From an uncultured Gammaproteobacteria bacterium (GTDB taxonomy: Bacteria > Patescibacteriota > Patescibacteriia > Magasanikbacterales > GWA2-37-8): a stretch of 63,385 nt of DNA. Both the position numbers and the translations under genes were made by a program. This document shows, piece by piece, positions 54,584 to 63,155 of this stretch. Position 1 is the first letter of the stretch; each line of letters opens with the position of its first letter. The notes below the pieces were generated by a model. That model saw only the letters and a program-made list of their open reading frames with translations. It was not told the DNA's origin and did not search any database. The DNA is taken from NCBI GenBank assembly GCA_964570525.1, contig CAZMYO010000062.1:1-63385 (forward strand). The letters run 5' to 3'.

Positions 54584-54611
54584 GTAGAGACGCATTGCAA
54601 TGCGTCTCTAC
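54584..54611. repeat. REP palindrome upstream of the RAYT gene
   Basis: This 28-mer is identical to the one at 54243-54270. Confidence 0.7.
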
Positions 54612-54642
54612 AACGATGTTACAACGGTATGCGTTATTGTTT

Positions 54643-55710
54643 TTAATAAATCTTCTCCACCTCTACCCCGGTGTAATAGTACTTTAAAATCTCTTCGTAG
54701 GTCCAACCGTCTTTCTTCGCGTGCTGCATGGCGTCACGATTGCTCATGCCGATGCCGTGGCCAGACATTTTTTTACCTTTATCATAGACTGCCGGGACGC
54801 TTTGGAGCCAGGGGCGATCGGCGCCGCCGGGTGTATTTTTCCAGTTCTTGGTTTGGCCGTTCGAGTGGCTAAAATAGGGGGTAACTACCGGATTCCCCTG
54901 GTAGGTAACCATCTCTCCGGCCGTAGCCGCGGCGGCCAGGGCGACCTGCGGCATGTAACCTTCGGAATTGTACCCGAGGTAGAGCTGGTCAACGGTTGTG
55001 GCATAGACATCAAACATGCGTTTTTCGGTTGGTGGCAGTTTGCTGATATGGGAGTAGGCGTAAGACCGCGCGGCAATGAGAAGCGCTTTTAGGTATTCCG
55101 CTGGCGCGTCGTTCGCGCTTTCGGCAATGCCGGCGACGTAGGCATCGAGCGGGAGCTCGTTAATAATATAGGAGGCTCTGCTTTTTGGCGAGTAACGAAA
55201 TTCCAGGGCGCCGCGATAGGCGTTAAAATTTATCTTCTTTCGGCCGGCCACCGGCCGATAGTAGCTCGTGATGGTAAAAAAATTTTCCGCGTCCTCTGGT
55301 ACCAGCCGGATATAGCCCTCCGAACCGAAAAAGAGGTTTTCGCTTTTGAAATTATATCTTCCGTTAGTATAGGCAAGTGTCGCCTCCTCACTTTTTGGCA
55401 GCCTACCCTGGTACTTTTCACCGCTATATACTTCGTAGGGAAATTCAGAGGTAAACGTAACCGCGTCTTTAATTTTATATAATCCCACGCGGATGGTTGG
55501 CGAGGGTTTAAGCGCCCTTGGCGGTAGCGTCGGGGTTGCCGGCTCCTCCTGACTGCTAGAGGCGACTATGGTTGTTGTGGCCACTACGGGAAGAGAGAGT
55601 GAACTTGTAACCACCTGGGCCAAGGCTGGATTTACTCCAACAACAAAAAGGCTCACGAGGCTCAAAAAACCTTTAAATTTGGAGATTTTTGAAACGATAT
55701 TCATAAGCAA
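54643..55710 (-). CDS. SpoIID/LytB-domain protein
   Basis: Signal anchor, ALLIAARSYA, YFSHSNGQT and GHGIGMS motifs. Confidence 0.7.
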   Translation of the reverse strand: MLMNIVSKISKFKGFLSLVSLFVVGVNPALAQVVTSSLSLPVVATTTIVASSSQEEPATPTLPPRALKPSPTIRVGLYKIKDAVTFTSEFPYEVYSGEKYQGRLPKSEEATLAYTNGRYNFKSENLFFGSEGYIRLVPEDAENFFTITSYYRPVAGRKKINFNAYRGALEFRYSPKSRASYIINELPLDAYVAGIAESANDAPAEYLKALLIAARSYAYSHISKLPPTEKRMFDVYATTVDQLYLGYNSEGYMPQVALAAAATAGEMVTYQGNPVVTPYFSHSNGQTKNWKNTPGGADRPWLQSVPAVYDKGKKMSGHGIGMSNRDAMQHAKKDGWTYEEILKYYYTGVEVEKIY

Positions 55711-55909
55711 AGCTTGTCCCGATCCCGAAGGATCGAGGATCCCGACTCGCCGTCGGGAAAAGTCGGGCTTCAGTATAACACAATCAATCTATCGAAGGAA
55801 GACGGCGGGTGTGCTATAATTTAAGTATTAAGCAGAATAAGCAGGGTAAGTTTATAAGCCTGTTGCTTAATCTGCCTACTCTGCTTACAAACTTACAGCT
55901 TCTATTCCC

Positions 55910-57343
55910 ATGTCTCTCACGCGCACTATCGCTCATAATACCATCCTCCAAATACTTGGCAAGGGTATGAGTACTATCCTTGGCCTCGCGGCGGTTGCGA
56001 TTATGACTCGCTCTTTGGGTGTGGAAAAGTTTGGTTGGTATATCACCGCTACCGGATTTCTCCAGTTTGTTGGCATCATTAGCGACTTTGGTTTCACCGT
56101 TACCACCTCGAACATGCTCGCGGAGCCGGCGTTTGATAAAGAAAGACTCTTAAATACAATTTTTACTTGGCGATTTTTGACCGCCCTTATTTTCCAGGGT
56201 CTGGCGCCGTTGATAATTCTTCTGTTTCCGTATCCCCGAGAGATCAAACTGGCGGTGGCGATCATTTCTGTTTCCTTTTTTGCCGCCGCTCTACAACAGG
56301 TATTTATTGGACATTATCGCGCTCGGCTTAAATTGGCGGTAGTTGCGTGGGGAGAAATTATCGGACGAATTGTTTTGGTGGCCGGGGTGGCGCTCCTTGC
56401 GGAACGCAGTGCCGGATTTTTGCCAATGATGGCGACCATTACGTTAGCATCACTGGCATCGACGGCGTACCTCTGGTCAAAAATCGGAGCGCTCAAACTC
56501 TGTCTCGATCGCGCTATTTCCCGCGCGCTCTTCCATAAGATGTGGCCGACGGCGCTCTCCGTTATCTTCAATGCTTTTTACCTTCAAGCCGACCGCGTAA
56601 TTCTGCCGCTCTATGTTTCGCAAGCAGAAGTTGGGCTTTACGGCGCGGCCTACCGAGTGCTAGATATCGCGATTCAAATCGCGGCGATTGTAATGGGCCT
56701 TATTATGCCGCTTATCACCTACGCTTGGTCGCGTAATCTTAAAGAAGAATTTGTTAGGCGCTACCAGCTTGGTTTTGATCTTTTAGCTCTAGTACTTCTC
56801 CCCATGATCGCCGGCCTTGTGGCCCTGGCCCAGCCGATTATGCATTTTGTCGCCGGAGAAAATTTTTCGGCCGCCGGGGAACTGTTAAAATGGCTGGGTC
56901 TCTCTATTTTCGGCACTTGCTTTGGCATGGTCTTCGGGCACGTCGCCCTGGCCATCAATCGCCAGCGGCAAGCGCTGTGGATTTATTTTTCGGACGCGGC
57001 ATTGAGCCTTATCGGCTACTTTATTTTTATCCCCCGCTACGGCTTTTGGGGGGCGGTCGGAGTCACTATTTTTTCCGAATTTTATGCTGGACTCACGCTG
57101 ACGTTACTCGTCGTTTACTATACCAAGGAAGCTCCGCGGCTCGGCGCTTTTATAAAAATGATTGCCGCGAGTACGCTCATGGGCGTTCTCGTCGCTTGGA
57201 TTCAACCTCTCAACATCCTACTATCGGTCGCGTTGGGAGCCGTAGTGTATGGAATTTTGGTTATGGCTTTGCGCGTTATTTCACTTACTACCATTAAAGA
57301 CACGCTGCAATTCCAAAAATTTGCTCCCTCGCCGGAAAAATGA
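55910..57343 (+). CDS. Polysaccharide/oligosaccharide flippase (MOP superfamily, Wzx-like)
   Basis: A ~14-TM protein with a typical N-terminus: NTILQILGKGMSTILGLAAVAIMTRSLGVEKFG. Confidence 0.8.
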   Translation: MSLTRTIAHNTILQILGKGMSTILGLAAVAIMTRSLGVEKFGWYITATGFLQFVGIISDFGFTVTTSNMLAEPAFDKERLLNTIFTWRFLTALIFQGLAPLIILLFPYPREIKLAVAIISVSFFAAALQQVFIGHYRARLKLAVVAWGEIIGRIVLVAGVALLAERSAGFLPMMATITLASLASTAYLWSKIGALKLCLDRAISRALFHKMWPTALSVIFNAFYLQADRVILPLYVSQAEVGLYGAAYRVLDIAIQIAAIVMGLIMPLITYAWSRNLKEEFVRRYQLGFDLLALVLLPMIAGLVALAQPIMHFVAGENFSAAGELLKWLGLSIFGTCFGMVFGHVALAINRQRQALWIYFSDAALSLIGYFIFIPRYGFWGAVGVTIFSEFYAGLTLTLLVVYYTKEAPRLGAFIKMIAASTLMGVLVAWIQPLNILLSVALGAVVYGILVMALRVISLTTIKDTLQFQKFAPSPEK

Positions 57344-57396
57344 TATTATAAATTCAAGCTTTGCTTATACTGTCTGTGGTAACCAATGCGCATCCT

Positions 57397-58440
57397 ATGG
57401 ATTTCTCTAAAGTTCGCGTTATCATATTCTCCATTCTGCTCGGGGCGGTTAGTATTTTTTTTCTCTACGTTGTTAGACCCCTCTTTTATCCCATCTTTTG
57501 GGCGGCCGTAATTGCCAGTATCGCCTATCCGCTTTACGTTCGCCTAAAAAGTAAAATTAAATACGCCAACCTTAGCGCCGCCATTATTCTTCTCGCTACG
57601 ACGCTTGTTATTATCGTGCCGGTAGTCTTTATTGGCAGTTTGCTGGTGAAAGAAACGATTGAGCTCTACGGAGAGCTGGGTGATAAGGGCGGGCAGATAA
57701 GCGGCGGTGTCCAGGCCGCTGTTAATTGGATAAAGCATAGCTCACTTGGAGAACTTACCATTGATGAAAATTTTTGGATAGAAAAAGTATCAGAGGTTGC
57801 CACTTTAGCCACCAACCTCTTGCTCTCGGGCATACGAAGCTTTACCGAAAACTCCCTTACCTTCCTCTTGATGTTTGTCATCATGCTGTATGCCTTATTT
57901 TACTTTATCCGGGACGGAGCCAAAATTTTGCGTAAAGCAATGCGCTTATTTCCGCTGGGTGACAAGCATGAAGTAATGTTTTATAACAAATTTACCTCCG
58001 CGGCGCGGGCGGCGATTAAGGGAACTTTGGTTATAGGTTTGGTGCAGGGGGGGCTCGGCACGCTTCTCTTTTTTGCCGTAGGAATTAAGGGCGCTCTAAT
58101 TTGGGGCACCGCCATGATGTTGTTCTCCATTCTCATTGGCGCGTACTTTATCTGGGTTCCGGCCGGACTCATCATGCTCGCGCTCGGCCACACCTGGCAG
58201 GGGGTTTTAATTTTCGCCGTCGGAATTCTCATTATCAGCACAATTGACAACCTGCTTCGGCCGATGCTCATTGGCCGCGATATCCAAATGCATCCGTTAC
58301 TTATCTTTCTCTCTACCTTGGGCGGCGCCTTGGTTTTTGGCCTCTCCGGTTTCGTAATCGGCCCGGTAATTACCGCGCTCCTTATTTCTTTTTGGGAAAT
58401 GTACGAACATTATTATAAGCAGGAGTTGTCGCATGATTGA
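57397..58440 (+). CDS. AI-2E family transporter (PerM/UPF0118)
   Basis: The STIDNLLRPMLIGRDIQMHPLLIFLSTLGG signature. Confidence 0.8.
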   Translation: MDFSKVRVIIFSILLGAVSIFFLYVVRPLFYPIFWAAVIASIAYPLYVRLKSKIKYANLSAAIILLATTLVIIVPVVFIGSLLVKETIELYGELGDKGGQISGGVQAAVNWIKHSSLGELTIDENFWIEKVSEVATLATNLLLSGIRSFTENSLTFLLMFVIMLYALFYFIRDGAKILRKAMRLFPLGDKHEVMFYNKFTSAARAAIKGTLVIGLVQGGLGTLLFFAVGIKGALIWGTAMMLFSILIGAYFIWVPAGLIMLALGHTWQGVLIFAVGILIISTIDNLLRPMLIGRDIQMHPLLIFLSTLGGALVFGLSGFVIGPVITALLISFWEMYEHYYKQELSHD

Positions 58441-60041
58441 ATCCACGGTCTATGTTGGCAGGTTTTGTTAAGATTAAATTTTTTTTTATTTCTCCGTGGT
58501 TTTCGCGCGCCATTATTATAGTGGCGCTTTTGTTTTGGTACGGATTTTTCCTTTTTCATCCGATTGATTTGATTCCGGCCGATTTGGGGCGGCACCTTAA
58601 AAACGGAGAACTGATTTTCTCCGATTCCAGAACGTTCAAGGCGCTCACCCATACTAATTTATACTCGGCCAATTTTGCCGACTTTCCTTTTATTAATCAC
58701 CACTGGGGCAGCGGCGTTATCTTCTTGGGCTTATATCGCTTGGGTAGCTTTGCTTTGCTCTCTGTTTTTTTTATCGTCGTGAGTTTGGCGGCTCTGGTTT
58801 TTGTTTTTGACGCGGCGCGTAAAGCGGCCGGTCTTTACCCGGCAACCCTTGTCGCTATTTTTCTGATTCCGCTACTCGCGGAGAGAACCGAAGCGCGGCC
58901 GGAAGTATTTACTTATTTATTCGCCGCTGTTTTCTGGTGGATTCTCTGGCATTACCGTAATGGCAGGTTTACGGCGCGCGCCCTTTGGCTACTCCCGTTT
59001 ATCCAGCTCCTCTGGGTCAACCTCCATATCTATTTCTTCGTTGGGCCGCTTCTTATCGGTATTTTTTGGTTGGACGCGCTTGTTAGCAAAGAAAAAAATA
59101 GACAGCGGATGAAAGAACTCGCGCTGGCCTTGGCCGTTGCTGCTCTCATAAATCTCGCTAACCCGAATGGCCTGGCCGGAGTTTTGTATCCTTTGCGCAT
59201 TTTTGGCAATTACGGTTTCCAGGTAGCGGAAAACCAGTCGGTTGTCACTACCGGCGCGCGCGATCCGCTCTATGCTAATTTGCTTGTTTTCAAACTTGCC
59301 TTTTTTGCCCTCCTCGGCGCTTTCGTTGTCGCCTTTTTAAAACGGCGGCGGCAGTTTCCCGTTGGCTACTTTTTACTGATGATTTTAGTAAGCGTTCTGG
59401 CCTGGCGATCGGTGCGCAACCTAACTTTATTCGCGCTTTTGGCCTTACCGGTTGGCGCCGAACTAATCAGGCTTTTACTCCCCAAACCACCGCCGCTCAA
59501 GCATCGCTCGGCCAGGCTGGTTTGTTTGGTTGCGATGGTCGTTATAGCCACGATATGGATCAGCCGAGCGCGTATTATAGAAACAGCTAAAATGGCGGGG
59601 CTTGGTCTGCGCCCGGGCAACCGCGCGGCAGCTGATTTTATTTTGAAAAACAACCTCAACGGGCCGCTCTTTAATGACTTTGATATCGGCGGTTACGCCA
59701 TTTTCTATTTGTACCCGCGCTGGCGTCCCTTTGCCGACAATCGCCCCGAAGCCTACCCCGCAACCTTCTTTACCGAAACCTATGTGCCGATGCAGACGGA
59801 TGAAAAAGTGTGGCAGGCGAAGGAAAAAGAATACGGCTTTAATCTTTTACTTTACTCGTTTCAAGATCGCGCTCCGTGGGCGGTGCCTTTTATTGTTCGG
59901 CGTCTCCTCGACCCCAGCTGGGCGCCGGTCTTTGCCGATCAGTACGCGATTATTTTTCTAAAGCGGAACGAGCAAAACGCCGAACTGATTAAGAATTACG
60001 AAATTCCGAGAGACCGGTTTGGTTTGCAGAAAATAAAATAA
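58437..60041 (+). CDS. Large polytopic membrane protein, possibly a GT-C-fold glycosyltransferase
   Basis: About 12 TM segments plus a C-terminal soluble domain. A TTGA overlap suggests a TTG start. ATG 58452 is an alternative. Confidence 0.45.
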   Translation: MNPRSMLAGFVKIKFFFISPWFSRAIIIVALLFWYGFFLFHPIDLIPADLGRHLKNGELIFSDSRTFKALTHTNLYSANFADFPFINHHWGSGVIFLGLYRLGSFALLSVFFIVVSLAALVFVFDAARKAAGLYPATLVAIFLIPLLAERTEARPEVFTYLFAAVFWWILWHYRNGRFTARALWLLPFIQLLWVNLHIYFFVGPLLIGIFWLDALVSKEKNRQRMKELALALAVAALINLANPNGLAGVLYPLRIFGNYGFQVAENQSVVTTGARDPLYANLLVFKLAFFALLGAFVVAFLKRRRQFPVGYFLLMILVSVLAWRSVRNLTLFALLALPVGAELIRLLLPKPPPLKHRSARLVCLVAMVVIATIWISRARIIETAKMAGLGLRPGNRAAADFILKNNLNGPLFNDFDIGGYAIFYLYPRWRPFADNRPEAYPATFFTETYVPMQTDEKVWQAKEKEYGFNLLLYSFQDRAPWAVPFIVRRLLDPSWAPVFADQYAIIFLKRNEQNAELIKNYEIPRDRFGLQKIK

Positions 60042-60073
60042 AGATACTCTTAAAGAAAATCTCTGCCGTCCCT

Positions 60074-60373
60074 TTATTGAGTTTCTATAAGTCGGAATCT
60101 AAAATTGTTAACTTTTTCTAGAGTTGTAATAGTCAAAGCAACCGAAAGGTTTGAAGTATTTTTTAGAAATACCTGATCCCCATATTGTTTTTGTATGGGG
60201 GTCAGAAACTCATCACCCCAAGAAGGTGAGAATGTATTCATACCAGAAAAATCAATAATCAACTGTTCGCCTTCTTTTAATTCTGATAGCGTAGGCAAGA
60301 ATGCTAAGTAGGCCTCTTTACCGGCTTGCCGAGAGGTTAAAACATTACCAAATTTTTTCATGAATACATTCAT
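60074..60373 (-). CDS. STAS-like small protein (DUF4325-type)
   Basis: LTSRQAGKEAY...LIIDFSGMNTFSPSWGDEFL matches my recollection of the DUF4325/STAS-like pattern. The region is low in GC. Confidence 0.55.
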   Translation of the reverse strand: MNVFMKKFGNVLTSRQAGKEAYLAFLPTLSELKEGEQLIIDFSGMNTFSPSWGDEFLTPIQKQYGDQVFLKNTSNLSVALTITTLEKVNNFRFRLIETQ

Positions 60374-60396
60374 ATAATTTTATGGCTTTAATTGTG

Positions 60397-61131
60397 TTAA
60401 AATTCTATCATGGATAAGCACCCGCGAATAGGCACGTCAGCCTCATTTATAGTGAAGCTTGATTTGCCTTTTTTTATTTCAAGCACAGAATTACCCGATT
60501 GGAAAAAAAGATTCGCTTTTGCTTGCATAATGGCATCTCTGACATATTTCAAACCATTACCCCGATGTTCAGGAGCCCGGCCAGTAACGAATTCTGTGAA
60601 GGCAACATGTAGGGCCTCCTTATCATTCTTAAGGCCAGGTCTTATCCGGCGCAATGTTGTCAATACACCAACGCCACGATCGGCGAGCACAATTCGGCGC
60701 TTGCCTAAATCGTAAGCAAAGAATGTACCCATAATATCAGGCCAATTACCGAGGTTGTGATCAAAAGAATTGTTTCCAATTTCACCTGCCGCAGAAGAAA
60801 CTAACGAATTGATACCTTCAAGGGTTGATTCGGCATTTAATTCATTCGCCATTCTTTCGTGCCGGGCTTTAAACCTATCGCTTGTGGAGCAATAAAAATC
60901 TTGCTGTGGCATAAAAGGATCCGTAGCGCTGGCCCACTCTTGAGCAAGTCTAAAGATACCCTTTGTTTTTCTTTCCAGATCAGACAATGAGTAATAGCGA
61001 TGACCTCCTGGCGAACGAAAGGTGGCCCTAAAAGACCCGCTGTTATCCCATCTTCGGAGTGTTGCTTCTGATAAACCAAGGTGCCGAGCAGCATCCTTAA
61101 TGGAAAGAAGGTTTTTGTTTAAATTATGCAT
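60397..61131 (-). CDS. Excisionase/MerR-type HTH fused to a GHKL (histidine-kinase-like) ATPase domain
   Basis: The HTH is LSIKDAARHLGLSEATLRRWDNSG. EIGNNSFDH is N-box-like, DRGVGV is G1-like, and HRGNGL is G2-like. The start at 61131 is supported by the promoter at 61148-61176. Confidence 0.6.
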   Translation of the reverse strand: MHNLNKNLLSIKDAARHLGLSEATLRRWDNSGSFRATFRSPGGHRYYSLSDLERKTKGIFRLAQEWASATDPFMPQQDFYCSTSDRFKARHERMANELNAESTLEGINSLVSSAAGEIGNNSFDHNLGNWPDIMGTFFAYDLGKRRIVLADRGVGVLTTLRRIRPGLKNDKEALHVAFTEFVTGRAPEHRGNGLKYVRDAIMQAKANLFFQSGNSVLEIKKGKSSFTINEADVPIRGCLSMIEF

Positions 61132-61147
61132 ATTTAGACTTAAGATA

Positions 61148-61176
61148 ATTATACATAAGTTATACAAATTTGTCAA
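61148..61176 (-). promoter_or_regulatory. Consensus sigma70 promoter for the HTH-ATPase/STAS module
   Basis: On the minus strand: TTGACA, a 17-nt spacer, then TATAAT. Only ~10 nt remain before the ATG, giving a near-leaderless transcript. Confidence 0.55.
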
Positions 61177-61380
61177 ATCTATACAAATCTATACATTAAT
61201 GCGAATTCTGTCAAACAAGGCTTAAAAATTAACCGACCTCGCCTCAAAACCACGCTTTTCCGCTAAAAATAGCCAAATTCTCATAGTCAACCTTTTGTGA
61301 CCATGATTCTTAGTTTTTTTTCAAGGAAGAGGGGGAAAGGCCCCCTACCACCTTTGGTTAAAATCCCTTCCTCCATAATT

Positions 61381-61421
61381 AAAATAATTCCGCTCGCCAA
61401 AATGGCGAGCGGAATTATTTT
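61381..61421. terminator. Terminator after the tRNA array
   Basis: aaaataattccgctcgcc-aaaa-tggcgagcggaattatttt. Confidence 0.6.
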
Positions 61422-61422
61422 G

Positions 61423-61496
61423 TTGCGGGGGTGGGATTTGAACCCACGACCTGGTGGTTATGAGCCACCCGAGCTGCCAGGCTGCTCTACCCCGCT
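61423..61496 (-). tRNA. tRNA-Met (CAU), initiator-like
   Basis: A hand-folded cloverleaf: AGCGGGG/CCCCGCA acceptor stem, CTCATAA anticodon loop, GTGGG-TTCAAAT-CCCAC T arm. It is close to E. coli tRNA-fMet and has a 1:72 A-A mismatch. CCA is not encoded. Confidence 0.85.
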
Positions 61497-61500
61497 GTGA

Positions 61501-61577
61501 TAGTCTAAAGTCTTTAAAGTCGTAAAGTCGAAAGTCGTGACTTTATAGACTTTATGACTTTACGGACTTTCGACTTC
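61501..61577. repeat. AAGTC-word imperfect hairpin between two tRNA genes
   Basis: tctaaagtctttaaagtcgtaaagtcgaaagtc faces gactttatagactttatgactttacggactttcgac. Confidence 0.7.
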
Positions 61578-61580
61578 GGG

Positions 61581-61654
61581 AGCGGTAGACCGGATTCGAA
61601 CCGGCGACCTTCTCCTTGGCAAGGAGACGTTCTAGCCAACTGAACTACTACCGC
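61581..61654 (-). tRNA. tRNA-Gly (GCC)
   Basis: A hand-folded cloverleaf: GCGGTAG/CTACCGC acceptor stem, TTGCCAA anticodon loop, GCCGG-TTCGAAT-CCGGT T arm. CCA is not encoded. Confidence 0.9.
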
Positions 61655-61681
61655 GTGTCTTGAGTTTTTACCTTTGTAGAT

Positions 61682-61768
61682 GTTCTAGCCAATCCCGATT
61701 TTGCTATGGCGCAAAATCGAGGATCCTCGATCCCGACTTAGTCGGGATCGGGACTGAACTACTGCCGC
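61682..61768 (-). pseudogene. Duplicated 5' half of tRNA-Gly interrupted in the D-loop by a 61-nt REP composite
   Basis: GCGGCAGTAGTTCAG, then the insert at 61693-61753, then TTGGCTAGAAC. This differs from the first 26 nt of the adjacent tRNA-Gly at one position. No anticodon or T arm follows. Confidence 0.65.
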
Positions 61769-61839
61769 GCCCTTCGCTTTGGCTTGGACCAAAGCTTCGA
61801 CATGTAAACGTGTATTTTTAACCCTTAACAGTAGCTACC

Positions 61840-61868
61840 ATTATATCTAGATTAGGTTTTTTTGTCAA
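61840..61868 (-). promoter_or_regulatory. Consensus sigma70 promoter for the tRNA array
   Basis: On the minus strand: TTGACA, a 17-nt spacer, then TATAAT. Confidence 0.6.
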
Positions 61869-61883
61869 TCATTTTCCTCGGCC

Positions 61884-61912
61884 TTGATGTAATCTCAAGC
61901 ATATTCTATAAT
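61884..61912 (+). promoter_or_regulatory. sigma70-type promoter for the serine hydrolase gene
   Basis: TTGATG, a 17-nt spacer, then TATAAT. It overlaps the TTG start used by the ORF track, which favours ATG 61957. Confidence 0.5.
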
Positions 61913-61956
61913 TGGCAGTGAGGCCGCAACGGAAGCTTGCTTACACCGCTATACTT

Positions 61957-62982
61957 ATGTTTACTAAAAAAATACTGGTGATGCTCGGGGGAATTATCCT
62001 CGGTTTTTTTGCAGTCGGCTTATTCGTCGGTCGAGCGCTCTATCACGTTCCCGGAATTGGATTTAAACAGATTAGAGAAGGAGCTTATAACCAGGGTAAA
62101 TATGAATTTATTAATCCTCTCTTGGGCTGTGAGGTGGCAGAACAGAAAGAGGTTTCCGAATTTATGCCTTTAAAAAATAAGATTTTGAATCTTATCAAAG
62201 AAAAAACTAGCCAAGGTGACGCCACTGCTATTTCGGTCTATTTTGACCGACGCGACGGTCGCTGGTTGAGCGTTAACGGCAGGGAAAAATATTTCCCCGC
62301 CAGCCTCATGAAGGTGCCGACAATGATGGCTTTCTTTAAACTTGCCGAAACACATCCGGAAATACTTCAAAAATCAGTTGTCTATCAGAGCGCTTCCGAT
62401 CTTAATCAGATAGAGTATTTTAAATCGGAAAAAACGCTGGAGGTGAACCGCCGCTACACGATTGAAGAATTGATTGAGCGAATGATTGTTTATTCTGACA
62501 ATAACACTCTACCTTTGCTGCTTAACAATATAGACGAGAATGCCTTTGAGGATGTCTTCACCGATCTTGGGCTCAAGCTTCCCAAGGACAATAAAGAAGA
62601 TTTAAATGATTATATAATCGTGAAATCATACGCAAATTTTTTCCGTGTTCTCTACAACGCGTCCTATCTGACACGGACAATGTCGGAGAAAGCTTTAAAA
62701 CTTTTAAGCAAGCCGTACTTTAAACAAGGCCTTATGGCCGGAGTACCCGATACTATCACCGTGGCGAAAAAATTCGGTGAGCGTAGTTTTAGCGATCGAT
62801 CCGATAATCCCAATAGTATTAAAGAGCTTCATGATTGCGGAATCGTGTACTATCCGGAACACCCCTACCTTCTCTGTGTTATGACCAAGGGAAAAGACTT
62901 TAAAAAGCTCGCTAAAAGCATTGCCGACATCTCGCGCTTAGTTTACGAAACCGTTGATAGCGAGGTAATGAAAAAACCCTAG
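61957..62982 (+). CDS. Membrane-anchored class A beta-lactamase-like serine hydrolase
   Basis: N-terminal TM helix. SLMK is an SxxK motif, YSDN is an SDN motif, and KKFGE is KTG-like. Confidence 0.65.
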   Translation: MFTKKILVMLGGIILGFFAVGLFVGRALYHVPGIGFKQIREGAYNQGKYEFINPLLGCEVAEQKEVSEFMPLKNKILNLIKEKTSQGDATAISVYFDRRDGRWLSVNGREKYFPASLMKVPTMMAFFKLAETHPEILQKSVVYQSASDLNQIEYFKSEKTLEVNRRYTIEELIERMIVYSDNNTLPLLLNNIDENAFEDVFTDLGLKLPKDNKEDLNDYIIVKSYANFFRVLYNASYLTRTMSEKALKLLSKPYFKQGLMAGVPDTITVAKKFGERSFSDRSDNPNSIKELHDCGIVYYPEHPYLLCVMTKGKDFKKLAKSIADISRLVYETVDSEVMKKP

Positions 62983-63023
62983 ATTTTTGCTGACGAAAGC
63001 GCGCCAGCGCTTTTGGTGCGGGG

Positions 63024-63052
63024 TTGACTTCGCCACAACGATTTACTATACT
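63024..63052 (+). promoter_or_regulatory. sigma70-type promoter upstream of tRNA-Gly(UCC)
   Basis: TTGACT, a 17-nt spacer, then TATACT. Confidence 0.5.
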
Positions 63053-63108
63053 CTTTAGTACGATTTCTGCCGATTTTGTTGAAGCGAAACTTCACGACAA
63101 AATCGAGC

Positions 63109-63130
63109 ATCCCGGACTCACCGTCGGGAT
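63109..63130. repeat. CCCGAC-family hairpin variant in the tRNA leader
   Basis: atcccggac-tcacc-gtcgggat is preceded by cgattttg...caaaatcgag. The same two-hairpin composite forms the insert at 61693-61753. Confidence 0.55.
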
Positions 63131-63155
63131 AAACTTACAATCCAGACAACACAAT

